A DNA stretch of 64,000 bases from contig JBHLNF010000008.1 of the NCBI GenBank assembly GCA_048937405.1, positions 96,001 through 160,000 on the forward strand, given 5' to 3'. The notes below the pieces were generated by a model. It did no database searches. It was not told where the DNA came from and was given only the letters and a program-made list of their open reading frames with translations. The stretch is from Promethearchaeota archaeon (GTDB lineage Archaea > Asgardarchaeota > Lokiarchaeia > Sigyniarchaeales > SOKP01). The translations under genes were made by a program, and so were the position numbers. Every line of letters starts with the position of its first letter. Position 1 is the stretch's first letter. Positions 31,076-39,822 of this stretch are shown here, piece by piece.

Positions 31076-31882
31076 ATGTCTGTTAAAAAATTGCAGGAAC
31101 GATCTAATTCGAATTTAAAGAGCATAATGATACGAAATAAAAAAGATCAATTGGATCTATTGAAAATCGTTAAAGATCATTTATTATTAACAATTTCACT
31201 TATGATATTAATTATTAATTTATTATTAATTTTAATTTTAACATCAAATAATCTAATTATTTGGAGTTCACCTAATCGAATTGTCTATATTATTTTTTTT
31301 TACCATGTATCCGGAGCATGGCTTTCATATTTCTCCTTTGGAATTAGTTTGATTTTTCATATTCTATTCATAAAGTCTCGTAAAAATATTTGGTTTTACT
31401 TTGGTAAAAATAGCATACTAGTTGGAGTATTTTTTTCTGGATTTACTCTTATAACAGGTTCGCTCTGGTTCAATGCTACATCGGGAGATTATAATAATAT
31501 TTTTTGGGTATGGGGTGATGCTCGACAGACTACAACATTAATATTATTCCTTTCCTATTTATCTTATTTGGTATTTGCTAAAATGATTGAAGATAGGGAA
31601 AAAAAGGCTAAATTAACAGCACTATTAGGTATTGTGCTATTTCCAACAGTTCCATTAAGTTACATTTCAACAATAGTTTTTACAAGTTTACATCCTTTAA
31701 TTAACCCAACTCCTGGTGAACCTGGAAATATTTACTGGGATCCTCTGAAATTATTTATGTTATTTTTCAATTTAATTGCAATGACCATATTATTTGTGTA
31801 TATTATAAAAGAACTAACTTATTTAGATAAAAAAAAAGAGGAATTGGATAAAATTAGACAAATTCGTTTATTGAGGGATTAA
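31076..31882 (+). CDS. ccmC: Cytochrome c biogenesis haem-handling membrane protein CcmC
   Basis: IFFYHV (His), ITGSLW...IFWVWGDARQTT (WWD domain), SLHP (His). Confidence 0.9.
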   Translation: MSVKKLQERSNSNLKSIMIRNKKDQLDLLKIVKDHLLLTISLMILIINLLLILILTSNNLIIWSSPNRIVYIIFFYHVSGAWLSYFSFGISLIFHILFIKSRKNIWFYFGKNSILVGVFFSGFTLITGSLWFNATSGDYNNIFWVWGDARQTTTLILFLSYLSYLVFAKMIEDREKKAKLTALLGIVLFPTVPLSYISTIVFTSLHPLINPTPGEPGNIYWDPLKLFMLFFNLIAMTILFVYIIKELTYLDKKKEELDKIRQIRLLRD

Positions 31883-31888
31883 TTAAAG

Positions 31889-32035
31889 ATGTCAATAGAG
31901 TATCTGGACCAAGATTTACTAACAATAATTATAAGTTATTTGTTATTCTGGGCTATTTTAATCATCCTAATTTTATATCCAAAACTAAAGTTAAAAAAAG
32001 TTTTAAAAAGTATTAAAAGTTTAGAAAACTCATAA
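31889..32035 (+). CDS. Small single-TM CcmD-like protein; not in the ORF track
   Basis: MSIEYLDQDLLTIIISYLLFWAILIILILYPKLKLKKVLKSIKSLENS*, 48 aa: a TM with SY..W then a basic tail, located between ccmC and ccmE. Confidence 0.72.
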   Translation: MSIEYLDQDLLTIIISYLLFWAILIILILYPKLKLKKVLKSIKSLENS

Positions 32036-32049
32036 AATAGGTGTGAAAT

Positions 32050-32388
32050 GTGAAAAAATCTAGAATCATAGCAATTATAGGAGTTGTTGTTTCGATTGGT
32101 GTTATAATTGCATTATTATCTATAAATACACGTCCTTACCTCAAAGTATCTCAAGTTGTATCACATTCCACTCGTTATGATAATAAAGAAATTCAAGTTA
32201 TTGGTATAGTTGAAGGGTATGTTTCCAGTGATTTTAATTTAACTGAGGGTGAACATAGTATCTTTATTGATCTTAGTAGCATTTCTCCACCTAGTACACT
32301 AAAAAATGGTATTGAAGTTGTTGTAATTGGAATGTTTAGTTCTAACTTAATTTTAGTAGCTGAACAGATTCTTACTCAATGTAGTTAG
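32050..32388 (+). CDS. ccmE: Haem chaperone CcmE, Cys-type, C-terminally shortened
   Basis: N-terminal TM, PYLKVSQV, IQVIGIV, GIEVVVIG, AEQILTQCS*; ccm gene context. Confidence 0.85.
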   Translation: MKKSRIIAIIGVVVSIGVIIALLSINTRPYLKVSQVVSHSTRYDNKEIQVIGIVEGYVSSDFNLTEGEHSIFIDLSSISPPSTLKNGIEVVVIGMFSSNLILVAEQILTQCS

Positions 32389-32393
32389 AAAAT

Positions 32394-33119
32394 TTAGTCA
32401 TATAAAAGTAAATGAGAAATTAAAGTTAAGATTGAGATCATAAGAATTATATGAGCAAACAAAAATCCTATTTCATAAATTAGATCATGTACTAATACTC
32501 CTTGTAATAATTTTATATTTAATGAAATTATTGGAGTTGTTATAGGGATAATTAAAGGGAATAGTATAATTGGTAAGATAAATGACTTGTTTTTAGCATA
32601 CATTGATAAAGCTGAAACCAGACTTCCACTTATAGATAAATCAAAAGTAGGCAAAATGATTCCTAAAATGATGTAGGTCAATACTTGAATAGAACTTATT
32701 CTACCTATTAATGGTGCAGATAAAAAGAAACTAAAAAGATATAGAATAATCTCTATTAAAGTCATTAAAATTAAACAATATATAGTTTTACTGAAAAGAA
32801 TTATATTTGGAAAGATTGGAGATGAAATTAGACCATTTATCGTACCCGATTCCTTTTCTTTGATGAATAATTTTGCCATAATATAGATAAGAGTAAAAAA
32901 AATAATTAACCAAATTTGAATTACAAAAATCTCTAAAGGCATATTTTGATATTGAGTTCCAAAATTATAAACTGATGAGAATATGAATATTGAGATAATA
33001 TCAAAAAGAATTACAGCAAATAAATCATTCAATTGCCGAACTTCAGATTTAATATCTTTTATTAGTATTGTTTTAAATTGTTTTAATTTTAATTTTAATG
33101 ATATATCTTCTGTTTTCAA
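32394..33119 (-). CDS. ccmB: Haem exporter membrane subunit CcmB
   Basis: KDIKSEVR, FIKEKESGT, ILPIILFPLIIP; about six TM segments. Confidence 0.9.
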   Translation of the reverse strand: MKTEDISLKLKLKQFKTILIKDIKSEVRQLNDLFAVILFDIISIFIFSSVYNFGTQYQNMPLEIFVIQIWLIIFFTLIYIMAKLFIKEKESGTINGLISSPIFPNIILFSKTIYCLILMTLIEIILYLFSFFLSAPLIGRISSIQVLTYIILGIILPTFDLSISGSLVSALSMYAKNKSFILPIILFPLIIPITTPIISLNIKLLQGVLVHDLIYEIGFLFAHIILMISILTLISHLLLYD

Positions 33120-33131
33120 AAAAACACCCTT

Positions 33132-33839
33132 TTAAAATAATGATTCAATTTCATCAAATTCTTCATCTGTAATCCTTCTTTCGATTTTACCTTTTTTTAG
33201 AATAATCAAATCATTACATAATTGTTGAAATAAGTCTGTTTTATGGGTCGTAAGAATTATTGTAACATTATTTTTTTGATTCATTTCTCTGATAAATTTA
33301 ATTAGCCTATCTGTTGCTACATAATCTAAACCAGAAAAGGGTTCATCTAAAAATAATATTGAGGGACTATGGATGATAGATCTTATCAATTCTACCTTTT
33401 GTTTCATTCCATGGGATAGAGTTCTTACAGGTTCATTAATCCAATCTGTAAGATCAAATCTTTCGACTAATTTGTTAATTTTCCGCTTAATATTTCCTTT
33501 TTCAAAAATTAAATGTAAGTTACAATAGAATTTTAAATTCTCATAAACAGTTAATTCATCATATAGAAAAGATTCATCAGTAGTTATTCCAATATTCTGA
33601 TATATAATTCTTGAATGATCTTTATAATTCATTCCCCCTATTTCAACATTTCCAAAAGTAGGTTTAATCAATCCTGACAATATTTTAATAAGGGTTGTCT
33701 TACCCGCTCCATTCGCTCCAGCTATCCCAAATATTCTACAATTTTTAATATTAAAAGAATTATTTTTGAGGGCAAAAAAATATCCATATTGTTTTGAAAT
33801 GTTATTACAAATTATTAAATTATTATCGGATTCAACCAT
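33132..33839 (-). CDS. ccmA: ABC ATPase CcmA
   Basis: GANGAGKTT, LSHGMKQK, LFLDEPFSGLD; directly upstream of ccmB. Confidence 0.85.
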   Translation of the reverse strand: MVESDNNLIICNNISKQYGYFFALKNNSFNIKNCRIFGIAGANGAGKTTLIKILSGLIKPTFGNVEIGGMNYKDHSRIIYQNIGITTDESFLYDELTVYENLKFYCNLHLIFEKGNIKRKINKLVERFDLTDWINEPVRTLSHGMKQKVELIRSIIHSPSILFLDEPFSGLDYVATDRLIKFIREMNQKNNVTIILTTHKTDLFQQLCNDLIILKKGKIERRITDEEFDEIESLF

Positions 33840-34025
33840 AATCTGAATAATATATATTATGAAAATTAAAAATTACAATAATTTGAAGGAATTAAAAGAA
33901 AAAAATAATTGCTATTTAATTTATCTTATCGAATTTAATTTTCTTTTTATTAATTTAAATAGGATGGAAATTTCATTAGTTGTTATAATCTATAAACCAT
34001 CTAAATAAAATTTATGAATTTAAAC

Positions 34026-35717
34026 TCAATTTTTGTTGAAAAAGGTCGTTAATATTGAAGGAATTATCCCACTCAATAGAAAAATAAAGCCTGTGATAAA
34101 AAAAATATCTTGAAAAATCCAAAAATTCTTACTTATTAAAAATCCTATTAATATAAATGAGATTCCAGTATGAATTATTGTTTTAGAATTTACCTTGAAA
34201 AAATGTTTGATTCCTTTCTTAAACTTTAAATTTGTTATAATAGACCAAAAAGATACTATTACTGCTATATAAAATATTGCTATAGCTGGATTAATCCAAA
34301 TATCAAGAAAAATTAATCCTATGACTGAGAATATTGATTGAATAATAAAGACTATAATTATCAAAGATATTATTAATTTTATCTCAATTTTTTCATAAAT
34401 AATACAAAAGATTAATGATAAAGACAAACAAATAGCTAATATTAATGTAGTTAATATAAAATAATCTGTTCCTATATATATTATGTTTATGGGAAAAAAT
34501 TCTGATAGCAATATTGTTAAAGGTGTAACAAAAAGCCCGAATATGCATACAAAAGATAAGCTAAATAAAAATATGTAACTTAAGTAATTAAAGAGAAGCT
34601 TTATTGTTCTATAATCCTGTAATATATAATCAAGAATAATATATATTACGTAGAGAGAAAATATTATTAAAATTAATCCAATTATAGTCAACCAGATAAT
34701 TAATTCAGTTTCTCCAACATAAGAATGAAGTGGAGATATTCCTGCTCTTGTAATTAGTGTAGAAAAAATAATAGCAACAAAGATTAATCCTAGATTTATT
34801 TTCACTAGATTTGGATTTTTCTTTTGAAAAGTCATAGTATGAAAGTAAGCAGTAATGAAAAACCATGGAATGAGAGATACTGTTTCAACCTGATCCCAAC
34901 CCCAATATCTACCCCAGTTCAGTGCAATCTTAGCCCAATATGCACCCAATCCAATACCTAAAGTAAGAATTAACCAACCAAACTTTAAAGTAAATTTATA
35001 AAAATTTTGTTGAAATGATCCTAAAAGAGTTGTATTTTTTGTTAAAGTTTCTGCAATCACAATTGTAAATGGAATTAGAAAAATCGCATATGCAATAAAT
35101 GTAAAAAACGGATGCCAAATCATAAATGGAGATATTAAAAGTGGATTTAAGCCTAATCCATCAGAAGGAGACGATGATTGGAGTTCAAAAGGATTTAGAT
35201 AAAATAATATTATAAAAAAAATGGATGAAACTATTGATGATATTGTTACAGATCGAATGAAGACAATATCTTTTTTGTTTTTATTTCCCATTCTAAATAG
35301 AGTGATCATTATTGCATTAAATAACATCCATGTCATGATGGATCCTTCTTCACCGGCCCAAATAGCAACAATTTTATAAATTATAGGAAGTGAATTATTG
35401 CTAAAACTCCACACATATATAATTTTGTAGATGTTATTTAGAAAACTGTAAACCATAATTAAAAATAGAATCACCGATAAACTCATAGATAAAATTGATA
35501 AAAAATAAGTATTTTGTTTTTTAACAATTAATAGAATAAGATCCAGAATCATGATTATAATTAGAAAAATGATTAAAAAGTTGCCTAGAAAGGATATAAA
35601 AATAATTCTATAACTTAATTCTATTAAATCTAATACTAAAGGAATTATTAATATAAAGATAAGAATTAAGCTGAAATTAATAATAACCATCTTTTTTATC
35701 GACATATTAGTAGACAT
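34026..35717 (-). CDS. ccmF: Holocytochrome c synthase CcmF
   Basis: WAGEEGS, GLGLNPLL, WHP, LGAYWA, WGRYWGWDQVET, YFHT, LITRAG, LHSY, IIHTG. Confidence 0.93.
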   Translation of the reverse strand: MSTNMSIKKMVIINFSLILIFILIIPLVLDLIELSYRIIFISFLGNFLIIFLIIIMILDLILLIVKKQNTYFLSILSMSLSVILFLIMVYSFLNNIYKIIYVWSFSNNSLPIIYKIVAIWAGEEGSIMTWMLFNAIMITLFRMGNKNKKDIVFIRSVTISSIVSSIFFIILFYLNPFELQSSSPSDGLGLNPLLISPFMIWHPFFTFIAYAIFLIPFTIVIAETLTKNTTLLGSFQQNFYKFTLKFGWLILTLGIGLGAYWAKIALNWGRYWGWDQVETVSLIPWFFITAYFHTMTFQKKNPNLVKINLGLIFVAIIFSTLITRAGISPLHSYVGETELIIWLTIIGLILIIFSLYVIYIILDYILQDYRTIKLLFNYLSYIFLFSLSFVCIFGLFVTPLTILLSEFFPINIIYIGTDYFILTTLILAICLSLSLIFCIIYEKIEIKLIISLIIIVFIIQSIFSVIGLIFLDIWINPAIAIFYIAVIVSFWSIITNLKFKKGIKHFFKVNSKTIIHTGISFILIGFLISKNFWIFQDIFFITGFIFLLSGIIPSILTTFFNKN

Positions 35718-35909
35718 TAAAAAAACACCTAGAATGTATTATTTAAGAATTTTAATAAAGATTTTTAAAATTAAAACATAATTGCATAATTTAGGTGCAA
35801 TTTTTGCTATAATTCTTTAAAAAAATCTTTATTTTTAAAATATATAAACAAGATATAAAAAACAATGCTCATAGATTAATAATACTTTAGCTTGAGTAAA
35901 TGATAAATC

Positions 35910-36782
35910 ATGAAAAAGAAAATTTTTTACTTTTTTACTAGTATTATAGTGTTGATGACTTTCTCACTTTTTATCTTCGGAAGCGCGAGGCCTCCATTTG
36001 GAGATACTCATTCTGAGAGTGGATGTCATGGATCATCGGGGGGTTATACAATTTCGTATACTACTCCTGTAAGAAGTCTTATAAATAATACTCCTTATTT
36101 TATTTTTAACATTTCTGCTAGTGGACCTGATTTATTTGTACAAGCTTATCCTGGTGCGAAAGATAATGACAATTTTGGTATTATGCCTTCAAATAATAAA
36201 ATAGTAGACGATTCGGAAAATGATTTAAATCCAAATCACGATGCAATGAATATCATTTTCAATGTGACACCAACTGTAGAGCAAAAATCTTATACATTGT
36301 TCATAATTGCAGGTAATAATATAACTGGGGGTCGACAATTCGCTTATGTTGAAATTATAATTGGAATTCCACCTGGATTTGATTTATCTTCTGTGATGCT
36401 CGATCATTTAGGTTTATATTTAGGATTACCAGCCTTGTTATTAGTTTCGATTGCAACTATCCTAGTTTTGGTAAATGAAAATAAATTTGTAAAAGTTCAT
36501 GGAATACTCGCTGGTGGTGCATGGATTTTAACAATCATTAATGTTATTGTTGCTGTAATAAAAATACCTAGAGGAGCTTGGCTTGGGGGTTATAATTTAA
36601 TTTATCATCTTCCTCATATAATTCTTGGCTCGATTGGTTTGGTTACTGGTTTTTTAAGTATGTTATTTGGAATTGCGGCAGAGAGAAGACCAGCAAAAAT
36701 CACAGGATATATTACTTTACTCTGTTGGTGGGGTGCTTTCTTTTTAGGTTATTTTCTAAACTCTAATTTACTTTTAATTTGA
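35910..36782 (+). CDS. Exported single-Cys HSESGCH domain fused to a 4-TM His-containing cytochrome b-like domain
   Basis: Signal ...GSA|RP; THSESGCHG; DNDNF; four TM helices with LDHLG, KVHG and YHLPHIILG. Confidence 0.7.
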   Translation: MKKKIFYFFTSIIVLMTFSLFIFGSARPPFGDTHSESGCHGSSGGYTISYTTPVRSLINNTPYFIFNISASGPDLFVQAYPGAKDNDNFGIMPSNNKIVDDSENDLNPNHDAMNIIFNVTPTVEQKSYTLFIIAGNNITGGRQFAYVEIIIGIPPGFDLSSVMLDHLGLYLGLPALLLVSIATILVLVNENKFVKVHGILAGGAWILTIINVIVAVIKIPRGAWLGGYNLIYHLPHIILGSIGLVTGFLSMLFGIAAERRPAKITGYITLLCWWGAFFLGYFLNSNLLLI

Positions 36783-36804
36783 TAATATTAAGTGATATCT
36801 CAAG

Positions 36805-38298
36805 ATGGGTCAATCTAAAAATAATTCGAAAAATAATTATAGGAAAAGTGAAGAAAAGGATCTTGAAAATCAATTTTTAGAATTTATATCTCCTTATCAT
36901 GTAAGCACAAATCCTTTTGAACTTGAATCTGCTTCAGCAGATCTTACTTCTCTACCTGCCTACCATTATAAATTCAAAAAGAAATATTTAGCTAGTTATG
37001 TTATCCGTCCAGCCAACATTAATGAACTATCATTAGCTATAAAAAAGTGTAGAGATCTCCATATTCCCGTAACAATTCGAGCTGCTGGAACATCATGTTT
37101 TTCTTCAGCAACACCTTCAATGGGAGGTGTAATTATAGATATACGTAGATTAAACAAAGTCCATGAAATAAATCAAGAAAAAATGACGGTAAAAGTAGGA
37201 AGTGGAATATCTTGGCTAAATTTAATAGAAGCATTATCTGATTATGGACTTGAACCAAAAACTTTCCCAACTAGTTTTAAAACTTCATGTGTAGGAGGCT
37301 TTATTGCAACTCCAGGTAAAGCTGGTATTGGTGTATTGAAATATGGAACAATGGAATCCACAATTATTTCTGTAGATCTAGTTAAGCCAGATGGCACTGT
37401 AATCAAAATTTCGAGAGATTCTAATCAAGAAATAAGTATTAGTGATTTTGTAGGTACATATGGTATCTTTGGAGCAATAGCAAATGTTGAATTATCTATT
37501 ACTACCCTAAAAACTTCATTAGAGATAATAGGTTATGGATTTAACTCAATTGAGCAAGCAATAAATTTTTATTTATTAATAAAAGAGGATTTACCCAATA
37601 AACCATTATTTCTTTCAATTTCAGAAAGAAATTTTGAAAAATATTCACATGTTGCTTTTCCAAAAGAGGAATGGATCGTTTGGGCGGTATATTATGATGA
37701 ACCTGAACTAACTTCAAAAAGTATATCAGATGTTAAACACCAAGCATCCAAGTTAAATTGTGTAGAAATTGAGAGTTCTTATTTAAAAGAAAAGTGGCGT
37801 GATATTAGTGATGCTGAAGTATCGATAGGATCTTCGACAAGGAACCTCATTTTCCAAGAATATTGGATCTCTGATAAGAGATTAAAAAAGTTTATAGGAA
37901 TATATGTTAAAAAAGTTAAGAGTTATAAATTTCCTACAGCTTCATACGCAATTTCCGGAGAAAAAGGTTGGACAAGAGTGAAAATTTTTGGTTTAACAGA
38001 TATCGATAGAACTATAGAATTTTTCGCAGTTAAAGCTTTCTTACATGATTTAACTATTCAAGCCTTCAGTCAAGAAGATAGACTATATACTATTGGCATT
38101 GTCAATACATTTTACTTATTAAAGTATAAAGCAGAAGAAGTAAAGAAATGGAAGATTCTTAAGGAAAAATTAGATCCTAAACACTTATTCAATTCATATA
38201 GATTAACTAATGCGAGAATGAAATTTTGGAGAGTATCATTACTTTTTAACATGGCAAAGCTATTGTATAAGATATTTAAAATAAAACGCTCTAAATAA
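36805..38298 (+). CDS. FAD-binding oxidoreductase (GlcD/D-lactate dehydrogenase-like)
   Basis: VIRP, IRAAGTS, SCVGGFIAT, FVGTYGIFG, KEKLDPKHLFN. Confidence 0.85.
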   Translation: MGQSKNNSKNNYRKSEEKDLENQFLEFISPYHVSTNPFELESASADLTSLPAYHYKFKKKYLASYVIRPANINELSLAIKKCRDLHIPVTIRAAGTSCFSSATPSMGGVIIDIRRLNKVHEINQEKMTVKVGSGISWLNLIEALSDYGLEPKTFPTSFKTSCVGGFIATPGKAGIGVLKYGTMESTIISVDLVKPDGTVIKISRDSNQEISISDFVGTYGIFGAIANVELSITTLKTSLEIIGYGFNSIEQAINFYLLIKEDLPNKPLFLSISERNFEKYSHVAFPKEEWIVWAVYYDEPELTSKSISDVKHQASKLNCVEIESSYLKEKWRDISDAEVSIGSSTRNLIFQEYWISDKRLKKFIGIYVKKVKSYKFPTASYAISGEKGWTRVKIFGLTDIDRTIEFFAVKAFLHDLTIQAFSQEDRLYTIGIVNTFYLLKYKAEEVKKWKILKEKLDPKHLFNSYRLTNARMKFWRVSLLFNMAKLLYKIFKIKRSK

Positions 38299-38401
38299 TA
38301 AAACAAAATCAACATAAAAATGAATAATATATAACGATCATATTTAATAAAAATTAATTATATTTTCAATAAGAAAACAATTAAAAAAGAGATAATGCTG
38401 A

Positions 38402-39745
38402 ATGAGTGAAGGAAAAGAAAAAGTTGATTTAAAAAATATAGTAACTTCTGGTCCACCTGTAGCAGGTTTAGTTTCTCCATCAAGAGACAATTTAGTCGAA
38501 CCTTCAGATAAGTATAAAGATGAAAAATCTTTTGAACGATGTACTCATTGTGGTTATTGCCGTCATGTTTGTAAAGTTTATAATACCTCTTGGTGTGAAA
38601 CTGACTATGCTGGAGGTCGGAATAGAATTATCAAAGCATTGGATCGAAAGGATATTAAATTCGATAAGGAGCAAATAATACCTTCGGTTTTTCGTTGTAT
38701 GTTATGTGGTAATTGTAAAGTTGTGTGTCCAGTTCAAGTAGATACGCTAAGTGTTTTCCAGAATTTTAGGAAAAAAGTAGTAAAAAAAGGAGCAATGCCT
38801 GAAAAATTAAAAATCCTTAAAAGTTCGATTATAGAAAATAATAATCCATTTCTAGAAAAACATGGTGATAGATTTAATTGGATAAATGCTTGTGAAGAGG
38901 GAGCTGAAGCTTATGAAAGGAGTTCTCAGAGACTGGAGACCTTAGTAGAAGAGAAAGGAGATTATTCTGTAGGGTATTTTGTCGGGTGTACATCGTCATA
39001 TCGAAATAAAGAACTTGTATCGGCTACTAGTCGTGTTTTAAAGAAATTAGGCATTGAGTTCACACTTTTTCCAGAGGAAAGATGTTGTGGTTCTGTGTTG
39101 TTTCGAACTGGATTAGAAGATGAAGCTATTGAACTTATAAAGCATAATTATGAAATAATTCGTAAGAGTGGAGTAAAAGAAGTTGTTTTTTCATGTTCGG
39201 GTTGTTTTTCAACGTTTTCACTTGAATATTCCAAATTTGCTAATTATAATCTTGGATTTGATTTGTATCATATTACTCAATATGCTTTAAAAATTGTAAA
39301 GGAAAAAAATCTTAAAATTAGATATACAAAACGCACAAAGGATGATCCTTTACTCATAACTTATCATGATCCATGTCATTTAGGCAGATATTGCAACGTT
39401 TTTGAAGAACCTAGAGAACTCATTCGAAGAATTGAAGGAGTTAAATTATTTGAAATGAAACACAATAGAGAAATGTCTTGGTGTTGCGGTGCAGGAGGTG
39501 GTGTGAAAGCTCTATATGGGGATATGGCACTTGAAGTTGGAAGGGACAGAATTTCGGAAACACGTGCTTGTATGGTTCGAATGCGAGAAGACCGTTTAAA
39601 AGAAGCAATTGAGACATCAGCAGAAGTTCTTGTAAGTTCCTGTGTCTTCTGTAAGAATAATTTATTTCAAGTCGCTACTGAAGATAATTCTCCAATAAAA
39701 GTTATGGATATTTCACAACTTTTAGCTGATTGTGAGTATTATTAA
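38402..39745 (+). CDS. Fe-S oxidoreductase (GlcF/HdrD-like: two 4Fe-4S motifs plus two CCG domains)
   Basis: CTHCGYCRHVC, CMLCGNCKVVCP, YFVGC, ERCCG, TYHDPCHLGR, CCGAGGG. Confidence 0.9.
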   Translation: MSEGKEKVDLKNIVTSGPPVAGLVSPSRDNLVEPSDKYKDEKSFERCTHCGYCRHVCKVYNTSWCETDYAGGRNRIIKALDRKDIKFDKEQIIPSVFRCMLCGNCKVVCPVQVDTLSVFQNFRKKVVKKGAMPEKLKILKSSIIENNNPFLEKHGDRFNWINACEEGAEAYERSSQRLETLVEEKGDYSVGYFVGCTSSYRNKELVSATSRVLKKLGIEFTLFPEERCCGSVLFRTGLEDEAIELIKHNYEIIRKSGVKEVVFSCSGCFSTFSLEYSKFANYNLGFDLYHITQYALKIVKEKNLKIRYTKRTKDDPLLITYHDPCHLGRYCNVFEEPRELIRRIEGVKLFEMKHNREMSWCCGAGGGVKALYGDMALEVGRDRISETRACMVRMREDRLKEAIETSAEVLVSSCVFCKNNLFQVATEDNSPIKVMDISQLLADCEYY

Positions 39746-39822
39746 CTAGATACAGAGTAAGAAATCTCTAAAATATTTTTCCTATTTTTATAACTTTATT
39801 GAAAACTGTAGATTAAGTAATA

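Noticed and set aside
32386-32397. Pyrrolysine or other read-through of the ccmE TAG
   Set aside because: Read-through adds only two residues before another TAG and does not restore the Tyr
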